Notes under the pieces: generated by a model
What the model saw: only the letters and a program-made list of their open reading frames with translations
Databases searched by the model: none
What the model was told of the DNA's origin: nothing
NCBI GenBank assembly: GCA_009914755.4
Contig: CP068257.2
Span: 19,072,001 to 19,136,000, forward strand
Direction of reading: 5' to 3'
Source: the human T2T-CHM13v2.0 reference genome, Homo sapiens
DNA: 64,000 nucleotides
Translations under genes and position numbers: made by a program
Shown: one piece after another, positions 15,191 through 29,398 of the stretch
Layout: the number at the start of each line of letters is the position of its first letter
Position numbering within the stretch: the first letter of the stretch is position 1

Positions 15191-18100
15191 ATCCTTCCAG
15201 GTGGGCTTCAAGCAAGTGAATGTTTCAATATTGCCTCAGGTGCTTCTAATTTTCAGCCAGCTTTGAGAAGCTTCAGTTGAGAGATTAATGTCTTGGTCAT
15301 TGATGTAATCCTTAAATAGATGACAGTAATCCATTTAATGCACAAGTTTATACTAAACACACATCTCAGGATGTTCTGCAGAATAATCCATTGGCGTCTT
15401 ATTTTTTCAGTAAGACAGTTTTCCTGTAAATTTAATAATGCAAAGGCATACTTCCTTCATAGAAAAACATTATTTTCTCTCTAACATTACAACATTTCCT
15501 AAATGGTTAAAATAGTAAGGGAGCCTAATTCCATAAAATTTATCTTGAAAATTTCAACTGTTGGAAAAAAGATTCAAATACAGTATTCTTCTGTTGCTAA
15601 TTATTCAATAAATCACAAAAGGAATTCTTTATTGTGATTTATTTTTCTCACTAAATATTCTCAGCTTATGTTTAGTAGTAGCAACTCATCAAAAAAAATT
15701 TTTAAAAGGGAGAGTAAAAGAAGCAAAATGAAATCCCCAAATCAGGCAGGTGTAACTGGTAGCCTAACAGCAAAATTTGGCCCTCAGACATTTTTTGTTT
15801 GGCCTATAGAATTTTTTAAAACTTTGCCAATATTTTTAAACTGAGAGATGTTATATAAAAATGAAGATTCAAATTTTTTAAGATGTTAGAAACTTGATGG
15901 GACCACTACCATAATTTTATCAGCACCCCACTGCCTCCCATGTTGGAGGAAGCATCTGCATCCTAGTAGTTTTATCCACATAAGGATCTTGGTTGGCAGT
16001 GTGGGTAGATTATTTGCAAGCCCAGCTATAAATAAGTTCTATAATTTTAAGCATCCTAATTATCACCATTCATTCCACACTTTGTCAAGTGGAGTGTGTT
16101 TGGGGTGCTGATTGGGTGGAAGATATTATAGATCAATCTATAGTAGAGATTGTCAGAGAAAACTGCAAATAATATATGGAGAAATATGCATCAAACTTGT
16201 AAAATCATATGATTGGAGATATTTCTAACAAAGTTGTTAGTGGAATTTTAATTAGATAGATGTTAAATCTGAGGGTTTTTAATTAAAAAAACACAGATAT
16301 TAACACAATCCTGGTAGGCGGAGACATGGTGTTAGAAATAGGAGTAACAATGCAAAATAGACCTAGAAGAAAAAACTGGGACCTAGTTGTTGCCCTCTAA
16401 GAAATCTCCCTCCCTTCCCCAAGCTCCACGCCATTGAAGCAGAGCAGAAATAAAGAATTTCCCACAATAACCAACATACGTACATATTATATGGGTTTCT
16501 TGAAGTAGCCAGGAAGTTCACTATTTAAAATCCAGGGTCAATGTCATGTAGCATTTACTGTTAATAGAACTTAATGAACGTGTTTGGAATGATGACTATT
16601 GTAAAAGCATGCCATTTCATGGAATCAGAAAATTAGTTCAGAGAGAACTTGTAGGGAAGCTGACTTGATTATAAGCTTCTGAGTTATGTGGAATCTGTTT
16701 ATAACATCATTCTGGCTAAAAATATTGCTAGTCCCAATATCTAAGATAGAAATACATCTTCAGGGAGGAAGGGGTTAAACTGCCCCACAGCTGTGGCAAA
16801 ATAAATAGTTATTCGCATTATTTTCCAAGATGAGAGAAAGAATTTATTTTGGATTCTATTACTTCTTTAGATCCAGAGAAACACAGAGGACAACAGAATT
16901 TGGATATACTTTAGAACTAAAAGAAAATCCATAACCTGATTCCTCTGAGTCTGTGTAGATTCTAGAATGTATGTTAACTGAAAAAAAAAAAAAAAACAGA
17001 AAGCAATATTGTGAATACCAACAACTCTCTCTTTCATTAAGAAAAATGGATGAGATCAAGTCAGGGTTTAAGTGTAAGACAGAGAAAGAAACCTAATTAA
17101 AACGAGTGTAAAAGCATTCTAGATAATTCGACAAAAATGTTGAAACACGGAAGAGGGTTTCTCTTTATGAACCTTACAGATAAAGAATAATTTCTTTCCT
17201 AACTCATTGCAATTAACTTTAGCTGACAGGAAGGGAAAAAATAAAAAAAATATGTAGTACAAAAACATTTGAAAAAATACTACAGTTAATCTTTGGATAA
17301 CAGCACCAATGTAGCTTTAAAATTTGTTATAATACAGACTTTTTCCACCTTCATTTTATATAATTTACTAACATATATAGATAAGAAAAGTCTTTATAAT
17401 CCTCCAGCACTGTGTTTACTCACCCAGATAGTTCCAGGATTAACTATTGGAGGCCTCCACAGATGTCTATATCTTATTCTTTACCTTCCTTGAAACTGGA
17501 AACCATTCCCTGTGAAGAAATATTACGAAAAGTTACACAGATGGCCTTGAAACTTAAATATATAATTGGAATTTCTCTTTTCCTCACCAAGGAAAAGAAA
17601 CAGTTCTGGTTGGAGGTGGGAATAGCTAGTTATCCATGACCCAATTTATAGCTCTATTTCTAGCCCATTAAATTCTATATAGGCAAAAGTTTAAAACTAG
17701 TCCAAGAAGGCAAATGACATACTTTTAAGCACTTAAGAGAAATTACCAAGTTGTCTACTTTCTCAGTGTAGGACTATTATTTTTTGGGTTGTCTTTTTGT
17801 AAAAATTTTTAGTGTTGAACAAATAATAAAAGCAATTATACAATGAGTGAGCATTCCCTTAATCTATTCCTAAGAAAAATAATTTCTTGTGGTACAGCTT
17901 CATTTTCATATGAAAAAATTTTACTGATTTTTATAGGCCTTTTATAAATGAACATTTTGGAGAGAAAATGTGGAGCCCGGGGAAGCATGTCTCCAATAAT
18001 GCAAACAGTCTTTATTATAATAACTTCCTGGATTTTCTCATAGCTTAGACCCCTTTTTGTTTTTAATTGACGTTCTATTTATATTATGCTAACATAATTA

Positions 18101-21100
18101 CTCTTTGATATGATGAAAATTTGATGGCTGTTCTCTTTATCAAGATGTCAGGATTTTTTGGTATATAACACTTTGTCATACATACTTTAAAAAATGGATA
18201 CATGCCCACAGTCAACATGTAAGTCATTTTATTAGGAATACATTTGTTCATTAAGCCAATATTTATTGAGATCTTTTAATGAATCATAAACAACTCCAAA
18301 GAATTGCATGATCTAGAAAAGTAACCAGACAAGAAATATAAAATGAAATATACACATGGTATAGTACAGAAGAGATATTATTTGTTCAACTGGGCATGCC
18401 TCCCAAAGGGCATGTCTATGCTGAAATTTTAGAGTTGAGTGGTAATTAACACAGGAAAGATTTGGAGAGGCTGTTTGTGGTGATGAAGGCACAGAGGTGC
18501 AGGAGGATGGAATAGCTGTATGAATAACAAGTAGTCTGCTATGTTTGGCTGGCACAAGGGTCTGAGTGGTGGATTGGTAAGATCTGAGTTAACTAGGTCA
18601 TCCGAGACCAGCTCTCTAAAGACCAGGTGAAAAGTTTACAAGGAAGCTGTTGAAGAATTTTAAACAGAGAGTAACCATGTAAGATTGTATTTAAAAACTA
18701 ATCCAACAGCTGTCTTGAGAATTAAGATTGGAGGAGTTTGAGACAGTAGGCAGAGAAAAATAAGGCAGTGAAAAGGAGAGAAAGAGGGAGTGAGGTTTAT
18801 TACAGGGATGACAAGCACAATGGAAAGGATTTGGGTAGGGAGAAGAGAGAAAACTATACAAAATATTTATTGGGCAACAGACTGGGCTTAGTGGTGACTT
18901 CCTCTGAGGCAGAATATAAAAGAGGAAGAATAGGGTCTGGAGGGAAGACAGAGATGGGTTTTGGGGATACTAATGGATGTTTCAGTATGACCCCTAAGTG
19001 GATAATTAATCAGTTGTGATATTAAAAATATTTAATAACTAATGCAACAAAGGCAATGCTTAATACCGTGGATGTTGGCAAATTCCCTACCGTAAAATGC
19101 TGGAGGCTTCCTGACTTACCAAGCAGCAGGGAGGGAGAAAGAAACTTAACTGCTGTAAGGTTGGAAGGTCCATCACACCAGAGCTGGAGAACTGCCAGTC
19201 CAGACGGAAGGTACTTAAAGGGTGTGACAGCAGCTTTAAATGGCTTGTTAGTGCAGTTGACACCTTCGCAGCCATACCAGTACACCGGGATGAATACCAG
19301 CCTTGTACATGTGCATCTGCGTATCAGGAGAGCAACCTGTATTAGACATTGAGTTTTGGGAGCCTTTTCCCTTTGTGCCAGTTCCCAGAGTTCTTTGTAA
19401 GAAGACACTTCCTACTATTTCCATTTTATTATTCAATAATGGATGCTTTTACTCCATTTCTTACAGGTTTATTCCTAAAGAACAGGAGTTTCCCCTTTCT
19501 CCATGTTCATATTAAATTAATTAAGTGGTTCTTTTTTATCATAGTATCAAACACAGATTCAAAAATAAAACAAAGACAGACATTGATATGGCATTTTAAA
19601 GAGGATTCTTTTAATTTTCTATTTAGAATAATATTAAATAATGACTAAATATTATCTGCATTGTTTCTTACTATGTTCTTGATAATTTCTTTTATTTTTT
19701 TCATTTTCTCTTCTTTTTTAGAAAATCAAAACTTGTATAACCTAACAGCATGTTTCAGAAGCACCAAGCACTGTAAAGATTCTGAGATTGTATTCTTCTT
19801 GCAAGCTAACAAGTTAGACTGCCACTGTTTCATGAATTCTGGCAGAACATATGACACTCTTGAGTGAGGCACAAATACCTTTATGAGTCACAACAATTCC
19901 AGTAGCCAGAATATCAGCATTTTGTTGAGCAAGTTTCTCAAGCTCCAACTCCCAGAGGGCAAGCCAAAGACAGTAGGTGAAGCTCGCACACGAAGTGAGT
20001 TGTGTTAACAGCAGAAAAGCACAGAGTTTAGGGGAGCTAATTCTTCTATAAAAGCAGTAAGCATGCCTTCACCTTGCTCCAGAGGTAGACATTATTTTAC
20101 TTTACTGGACAGTAAACAAATCTGCCCTTTGTGCTTGAGGGAGATATTATTCCTATCTTCCAAGGCTGTGCATTGTACAAACATCATTGGAAGGAGTCCA
20201 GACCAACATGTACAGAAATAAAAGAGATCATAGGGGGATTGTCTTCGTATGTTATCTGCACATTCCTTTACTATCCTGACTTCTGGACAATTTCTCTGTA
20301 AGTACACCTCTTCATTGACCACTTCAGTTAAACTGTCCATTAGTAGCTGGGACCAAATCTGTTCAATTTGTTTCATTTAGCATTTAACTTAGGCCACTAT
20401 CAACACCACCTCAAGCAGCAGGATGAGGCCGTTCTGCATATTTAAACCACTCCCCAGCATCCTGGTCTTAACCAGTTGAACAAATCCCATAAGCCATCAG
20501 GGTCTACCTTGGAAAGCCATGCGACTTTCTCCTTAGGTTTCTGAATTGACTATTCCATAGGGCTGGAGACCTTAATCCTGAACAAAAGAATATATTAACA
20601 ATTACGGTCTCCACCTTTGCATGCAAGAAGGAATTTTAGGGCATTTTTAAATCTAAAATAGGTCACTGAATTGAGGCTGACCTGAAAATCTTCTAGGGCC
20701 AAGTAATATTTCCTTATACACTTGAAGTTCTCTTATGACCACATCTGACGAGCAAGACATCTTGTTTGCAGAAAGAAAAAAGTTAACAACTGGCTTCTAC
20801 TCAGGAAATATAGTTGAGTAGTTCTCAGCGTTCCCAGTTTAGCTTGAATAACTCGGTTTAATCCCTGTTTGCGGAGAGCCTGCTGGGGGCATTCAGTTCA
20901 AGCTATACCGTATACTGTATTCTATGTTATCAGCCGGATGGCATGCTTCTCCCCGGGGAATGACTAAGGAGCAGCTGTAAAAATAGGCATGAAGCAGAGA
21001 CAGTACACCTGTGTTGACAAGTTGCTTAGAAGATTCAGAAGAAGGAGCCATTCTTTGCAGTTTCTATAGATTTCTCCATAAGATTAAGGCAAATAGTGAT

Positions 21101-22968
21101 CTAATTGTGGACAGAGATGTCTGCTGGGCATAGCTAACCCAGCAGGTGGTTAAACTGAAACTTCTTGCAACAGTTCCAGAGAGAAGCCCCACAGTGATTC
21201 CTTCATGAGGAAGGCTCCAAAGGCAGATCTGAAAGATGAAGGTCACCGATATTCCTCCTTCCCCTACACCTCTCTCAGGATCTGATATACTTGTTATCTG
21301 GCACATTAGGTACCTGGTTGTTGCTCTCCCTCTACTACCACAAAGCCCATGTGCCACATTTTAGTAGAAATAATTTTACTTATTTTCTTGTCAGAATTTT
21401 TCTCTGGAAGAGTCAGGTGTACGAAGAGCAGGGACAGTTTTATAGAATTTACAGAGATTTGTTGTGTTCTCTACATTGGCTCACATTGCCAATAGTAGTG
21501 TATTGGACCAGATGATCACTATCTTTGTGATCTAGGATTATGCCAGTATTACAGGAGAATACAGGAAACTGAGCCAGAATTAAGCCTAATTTCCCTAGGC
21601 AGGCTCAGTGTGCATTCCAATCAGGCTGAATTGGTGTTACTTTTACAGGAAAAAAATGAAGCATCAGATCCAGAAATGGTAATGGCAGAAACCTGAAATG
21701 CTTATATATAACTTCTGACTTGTTTTGTCCTGATAATTACCCAGAAAGCACTTGAGAGTGGATTATTTCTTTCTGGTGATAGCTACATTCATTCACAAAA
21801 CTGCCCTGTATGTGAACCAAAAAGAGGTAAGGATGGTGGCAAACTTCTAATGTCAACTTTTAAAGAGGCCTTTCTAATGCTCAGAAAATACTAGATGACT
21901 GTGGATGAGAACAATGGGTGACCCACTGAATACCTTGACAATCACTTATTTTTTTAGTAGGTTTTGTGATAAAAGGCCCACCACTGCCAAATTTCAAATG
22001 GTCCAGAAAATTGAAAATGTGACCCATATTAGTTTCAGGAGCTACAGCGATTTGGCCTGAGCCAGCAGTTGGACTAGAGCTGCAACTCTCTAACCTAAAA
22101 AAGTGTCACTGATGCTGAGGCATGACTGATAGTTCCATATGGGGTTACATGCCTGATATATTCATTCCGCCAAGAATGGGCCAGTGCAATACTGCATGCC
22201 ATGCAGCTTCGTTACCTTGAGATAAAAGAAAAAGGTCAACATTTCTGGGGAGTCACAAATGTTGCATGTAGTGGTAGCCTCTGCAGTAGAAACACAGAGT
22301 TTTTATTTTGTATCTAGTCTAAAATGGTGGATGTGTTGTCACGCACAGGCATACAGGAAGCAATGGTAACAGTCTAGGCGGTTCTTGATTCCAATTGTTC
22401 TTATAAAAACTAGACCCTTATCGGGGGTATCTAGACGACTTACCCAGATCAGCATTCATGATTTGTTTTTGTTTGTGGTTTCAAAGAGGAGTGACTTTAA
22501 AATGCTAGTCTGCAGCTTTCCAAACAGCAGATCCAACACTAAGCTATTGGAATGGACCTAAGAGTCAGTGCTGGAGAAAGACATTATGTTTAAGATAATG
22601 GACTATAAATAACCCTGCACTGTGCTCCAGAAGGAGACACTATCTCTGTCTTCCAAGTCTGTTCACACTACAAACTTCATGAGACAATAGTCGAGAAGAA
22701 AGGCAGTCAGATGTGAAGAGATTTCCCAAGGAGAAATAGTGGACAGAGGCTTAACTATTCTGAGGACATAATCTATTAACTGCTTCATATGGTTGAAGTG
22801 CCCTAATTCCTTTTTTAACCAAGATAAGTGACAGTGACAACCACCAATTACAGCCTTTTATTCTCTAATTAGACCAGTGACAAGTGGGCATCCTCTATTT
22901 TCTAAGAGAATTTATTATAAGAGCTGAGCATATACTTTAAAATATATATAACTAAAAGAAATAATTTT

Positions 22969-23290
<322 letters not shown>

Positions 23291-24086
23291 CTATTCATCC
23301 TCTCTGTTTGTTATTATTTATATAAATTATCTTTTGCAAACTTAATATTTGAGTTCGTTTAGTAATATTTGTTCAAGGGTATAGTTGAACAAGCACAACA
23401 TATCCAGAGGAAGAAAGAATTGTCACATGAGGATGACCAAAAGACTTTCTAGAGTGAAAATAAAGGATTTTCCATGGATATCTAAGACATTCACTCATGC
23501 TAATAGTAGGTGTTCTATATTTCAAAGCAATAAATATTTTACATAATTAATGCTAAAATGGTTATTGTGCAACCATTCCTAGCTCCTGAGGTCTCCTATA
23601 TTATTTGAGCATGGGTCTTCTCATTTCAAAGGTAATTGGATGCTGATAGTTATTACAGAAAGGATGAATAAATTATCTCTTTCCAATGCAGTCATAATTT
23701 CAGCTTCCATCATGAACTTCCCTATTTAGCATCTACATTAGTTTGCTAGGGTTGTCATAACAAAATACTACAGAAATTTATTTTCTCGCAGTTCTACGGG
23801 GTTGAAGTTGAGAACAAGCTGTCATCAGATTTAGGTCCTTCTGAGGCCTCTCTCTCGGGTTTGCAGATGGCTGCCCTCCTGCTATGTCTTTACGTGGTTG
23901 TCTCTGTGAACACGTGTACCTTTGATGTTTCCTTGTGTGTCCAAATTCTTATTATGTGGACACTAGTCAAATTGGAGTAGGGCTCACATTAACAGCCTAA
24001 TTCAACCTTGATTACCTTTATAAAGATGCTGACTCCAAATATAGTGACAGACTGAGGTACTAGAGAGTTAGGACTTCAACATCTGA

Positions 24087-24433
<347 letters not shown>

Positions 24434-27367
24434 CATAAAGCATGTTTCTTTAAATATTAGCATTTGAGGTATTCATTTCACCGGTGTTACCACCTCTCAC
24501 ACACTAGGTATCAGGGCAATTTCCGTAACTGCAATGCACGGTCTCAGAGAAAGGACAATTAGAAGCCAAGAGTCGGCAAAGAAAGAAAAGGTGTGTTTTG
24601 CCCATCTTCCCATGATGCCTCAGAGAGACATGGGGAGTGGAGGCTGGGTGAGCTCCTGATCACACACATGGCTTTCTAGTCGAGTGAAGGGACCTTCGAT
24701 AAGGTAAGCATGAGAACAAACTGATTCAAAGAGGGATACACACGAGTTTCGGATTTGAGAGCCAGGCTGTCTGCACTGGTTGATAGCTTTTCTTTACAGT
24801 TATCTGAAAACAGGGGTATCTGGGAAATTTAATCCCTCTCAGCATCACAGCAAAATCAATGTCAGTGTAGTTGCTTCCATGAGAAGAGGAGCGGTGGCTG
24901 AGGTTCTGGGAAGCACACTTCAGACAAGGCCAAGGTCAAGGCCTGACTGATTCAGCCAGTAAAAACACAATGGCCTTTTTAGATTCAGACACTTTTATCA
25001 CTTACATAGACCATGCAAGTAAGTATAGCCAAAGATGCCCGCTCCCTAGCTCCTTATCCCACACACCAAACAGATGACACTGACATAAAAGTCACAGAAT
25101 CATCACAGTACCAGTTGTGGAAAACTCTGCTGAGATTCAGTTCTTGAATGCAAAATTCCTTTTATGATCTGCAACTATACCCCGAGATGGAGTGGGGACA
25201 TAAACCCTCAGAACCCCAGAAACAATGAGAAACTATTTCAAAATAGCCTCCCAGGGAAAAAGAGGATGATTTGGAAATGGCCCTGAGATAGAGCCTCACA
25301 AGCCTTCTATCTTTGCCTGTTGAGGGAAAATCACAAACTATTCCTCCAAGACTCGAGGAACAGTGTTTTAAGCCTTTGCCTGTATGGATATGTGGATAGG
25401 TGTAAGGTCTCCAGGCCACCATGCTGATGCTGTTCCCCTACAGATCTCCCTGGCTGACTGTCCATGAAGCACAGAGTGAAGATTCAGGGTCATTTTTAGA
25501 CAATCCTACCCTTTTATCCCTTTTATCACAGATATAGTAAATCAATAGTAAATAAGAAATCAACATCCACCCTGAATCATATGCAAAAGAAATGATTTCT
25601 GGGTATTGGTTTGAATTGCAAAATGCAATTTAAACATTCTGTAGTCATAATTTGATCCCCAGGTCACAACATAATTCATTTTAGGAAAAAAGAAATCAAG
25701 TGTAAGACTGAAAGCAAGGATGCATTAATCAGGGTTGCCTATTATTTCTTCCTTTGATCTCCCTGACCGTAATATTACTGACAGGAATTCAGTCATGCAG
25801 TGGGAGGTTACAGGGCCCTTTGTAAAAAAAACAAGTTTTGTAGATGTTTTAAATTTTAAAACACCACAGTCCTTTTAAAGTCATTTTGCACTTAAATTAT
25901 TCAATGTTGGCAGATAGTTTAAGTCATCTCATTAATGGCTGTATCTGTGGGTTGTTTTTTTCCTCTTTCATGTAAATCATAACACATTGTAATGATAGGG
26001 TAGGTCATGTAGGGTTTCTGGAGGCCAAAAACTTTGAAAGAAACACAAGGATTTTTAGAAATGGAAAGCTTCATTTTACATTTCACTCTGAAATATATAT
26101 TTAAAAAAACATGAGATTGGCATCCTCATACTCTGATTAAAATAGATTCTTTCAACAAAGTATCATTTTAGTTATGGCATGTATATTATCTGATTTTTTT
26201 TCAAAATATAAGAAACTTCAATTTATTTCCTGCAGTAACAGTATGTGATTTTTTAAAATACATATTCACACTGATAAATTAATATCATTAACCAAATGAT
26301 CATATAATTTTCATTCATCACCTTTGCATGTTAAAAAGAAAATATATTGCATCCTAATACCTTTCACTAAAATACTGCAGAAGTAGACAATGTTAATAAG
26401 TATAGTGCTCAGGAGGCATGAAAAGAGAGTACTGGGAGTCAGCTTGAGAATGCACAATAAGGATTAGTCACATTGCTTATTCTGCCTCATACTCCACAGC
26501 AGCTAACTAAATCTGTACTGTATTTGTCATTAACAACAAAACAAGCTCACAGTAGAAAAAGGAGAGAATCATTAAATGGTAGGAAAAGATATATATTGGT
26601 CATCTAATACAACAGTTTGTAATGAGAGGAGCAGAAATTCAAGGAATCTGCAGTATGATCCAGTGATTTGCTGAAAGAAAGTATTAGATATTTCAATCAC
26701 TTGTGATACATTGATTCCATTTTCATCTTATTTTTTATATTTTAAATGTGTAAATTTGTTTGTACAGGTAGTACATGAATATGATTATACATTATATAGT
26801 TGTACATGAATATAATTTATAAAGAATATTAATATGCTATATGTGTATGCTGAATTACTTTCGTTCTTGAAGATGAGAAAACAAGTAAGTTTAGGAACTG
26901 AAGGGATAATATATTTCTCTTCTTTTCGGCAAATCATTGAGTTATTCTTCATGTTGTGCCTGGAGAGGGAAAGGGCAAAAAAGGTCACGCTACTTATATT
27001 ACTTAGGACTGAGTATTCAAAGTGTATTAATGACAAAAATATTTTTAACCTCCAGTGAGCACAAAAGCCAATTGTTAACAAAATAAATACTTAACTGGCT
27101 TCTCACAAAAGTCAGATTTCAAAATAGCACATGGTATTCATTTTTTACTGCTGCTATAACAAATGCCCACTAGTTTAGGGGCTTGAAAGGACACATATTT
27201 GTAGAATTTGATCCTTCTGGAGGGTAGAAGTCTGAAATGCATCACCAGGGCTCTGTCCTCTGCAGGATCCAGGGAGACTTTGCTTCCCTGCCCTTCCCGG
27301 TTTCCAGAGACTGCCTTTCTAGACGTCTTCAAAGCTAGAAGCGCAACATCTTCAAGTCTCATTCTCT

Positions 27368-27441
27368 ACCCCTTTGCTTCTGTAATTACATTGTCTTCTG
27401 ACTTACCCCTTTGCTTCTGTAATTACATTGTCTTCTGACTT
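27368..27441. repeat. Perfect 37-bp tandem duplication
   Basis: ACCCCTTTGCTTCTGTAATTACATTGTCTTCTGACTT occurs twice back to back with no mismatch. Confidence 0.9.
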
Positions 27442-29031
27442 CAGAGGGGCCCACCTGGGTAATCTTGGTTAATCTCCTCGTTTAACTTTATCACAACTGC
27501 AAAGTTCCTCTTGCAATATCAACTAACAGTCACAGATTCTGGGGATTAAGACATGAACATCTCTGGAGACCATTATTCAGTCTTATAAGTCATTTTTAGC
27601 TTTCTGAAATCTTCCTGATCAAAAATATTTTCATTTTGTTCTAATATCCACTCAAAAACCTGTCTTTACTCTCTTCCTTCCATTAATCTCTTCAACAGTC
27701 ATTTAAAAATCAAGTTACTTTTCTACACTGAAAGTGTAATCAAAGTGTCAGTAATCAAAGTGTCAGCTTCAACATTTTCATTTCTTTGAAAATCCCAAGA
27801 AGACTTTGTTTGAACAAAGCATTCTTAAGTGATGGAAAATTTACTGAAGCTTTTGTAGAAAAGAAAGAAAAAGTTTACATTATACCTGCCCATTATGCAG
27901 CAAAAAACCTTAAATGTGTCTCCTAAAAGGGAAGCTCACCAGAAATCTGTGGCTTTCAACACCCCATGCTCTTCTTTCAACTCTTGCCTGGATGTAGGAG
28001 CACTTTAAGAAAGGAGCAAAATGCCCATTTAAATTACAGATGAGCTGGCTCAGTATGTGTTTACAAATCAAAAATAGATAGCAGCTTCTGTATGCTGCTT
28101 TCTGGGGTGATCATGAAAGACAGAGCTGGGGAAAATGCTCCCAGTGGGCAGAGTTTCAGGAGCAGCATCTTATCATGTACTTTATACACACAAAAAAGGA
28201 CCATGGTATTAGCAAGTCTATGGCCTTACGGCCAGAGGGTAAGGCCTGGCTAGTTGTTCAGAGGCTTAGAAAGAAAAGGATTGGAAAATATGAGGCAAAG
28301 AACTCAGGGTTAGAGGCATGAAGATAGACACATGGGAGTGGGCACAAACTATGATGATCTTTTTATAACATATTAACAGATACCAAAGAACATTTTGTCT
28401 CAGTTGTTGAATTAAATAACCAACTAGACAAAATGACTGGTAGGTTGACATCCATCAGCCTCTGCCGTTGACTGCTTCAGAATTAACACAATAGGCACGC
28501 AAAAGAAGTGGTCACTGTAGTAGACATGGAAAATATGAATGGGCCCAACAGAGAGGATTCTCACTTTTCATGGATAATCTAGCTATTTCCATTGCCAAAC
28601 AGCCAACCTGATAGCAATAAGCACTAAGGCTGACCCCTCACCACGGCACTATTCTTCTAGGCCACCATCCAGCCACTTGCTGGGAAAGTGACCACCTTAG
28701 GCTCTTTCATATACGGATAGCCACCAGTCTATTCTCACAGAAATATAAAAAGACATTCTGGAGATCGATTTCTCTTGCCCTAAGAGCCTCAACAAGCACC
28801 ACTATTTTACCATTTACGGTGTTTAATTTACTAGCCAGGATCCTGTCTAATATCACCTGAGATCAATGGACCCACTTTTCAGGATATAAGTAGGCCCTGA
28901 CCTTGAGATCCACTGCTCAGATCACATAAGATCACCACCCAGGACCTGCTGGCCTGATACAGAACTGAAGCAATGGCGGATACATTTCTGAATCCCCAGT
29001 CTAGAGGCCATATTCTGTGGAGATGAGATGC

Positions 29032-29398
29032 TGATATGGTTTGGGTCTGTGTCCCCACCCAAATCTCACCTTGAATTGTGATAGTCCCCATATATCATGG
29101 GAGGCACCTGGTGGGAGGCACCTGGTGGGAGGTAATTGAATTATGGGGGCGGGTTTTTCCCATACTGTTTTCGTGATAGTGAATAAGTCTCATGAGATCT
29201 GATGATTTTATAAACAGGAGTTCCCCTCCACATGTTCTCTCTTGCCTGCTGCCATGTAAGATGTGCCTTTTGCCTTCTGCCCTGATGGTGATGCCTCCCC
29301 AGCCATATGGAACGGTGAGTCCATTAAACCTCTTTTTCTTTATAAATTACCCAGTCTCTGGTATGTCTTTATTAGCAGCGTGAGAACAGACTACTATA
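29032..29398 (-). mobile_element. THE1/MST-family MaLR LTR (ERVL-MaLR), solitary or 5'/3' LTR
   Basis: Contains TGATATGGTTTGGGTCTGTGTCCCCACCCAAATCTCACCTTGAATTGTGATAGTCCCCATA...GGGAGGTAATTGAATTATGGGGGCGGGTTTTTCCCATACTGTTTTCGTGATAGTGAATAAGTCTCATGAGATCTGATGATTTTATAAACAGGAGTTCCCCTCCACA...CTGCTGCCATGTAAGATGTGCC...CCCCAGCCATATGGAACGGTGAGTCCATTAAACCTCTTTTTCTTTATAAATTACCCAGTCTCTGGTATGTCTTTATTAGCAGCGTGAGAACAGACTA. This is nearly collinear with the reverse complement of the recalled THE1/MST LTR consensus. It contains an internal 12-bp duplication GAGGCACCTGGTGG at 29097-29124. Confidence 0.8.

Noticed and set aside
16975-16996. A18 homopolymer and a central A23 at 42184-42207, considered as retrotransposon tails or regulatory signals
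   Set aside because: The 16975 run has no recognisable SINE or LINE body upstream. It may be the relic of a degraded retroposed element, but nothing supports a specific call. The A23 is the middle A-rich linker of an Alu, expanded.
19022-19436. Cluster of mutually overlapping ORFs (128 aa, 98 aa, 62 aa, 62 aa) on both strands in a slightly GC-richer patch, considered as a possible exon
   Set aside because: The ORFs overlap in incompatible frames and have no plausible splice acceptor/donor context. The peptides are low-complexity, with no domain resemblance. Overlapping stop-free stretches on both strands fit a locally GC-richer non-coding segment better than a gene.
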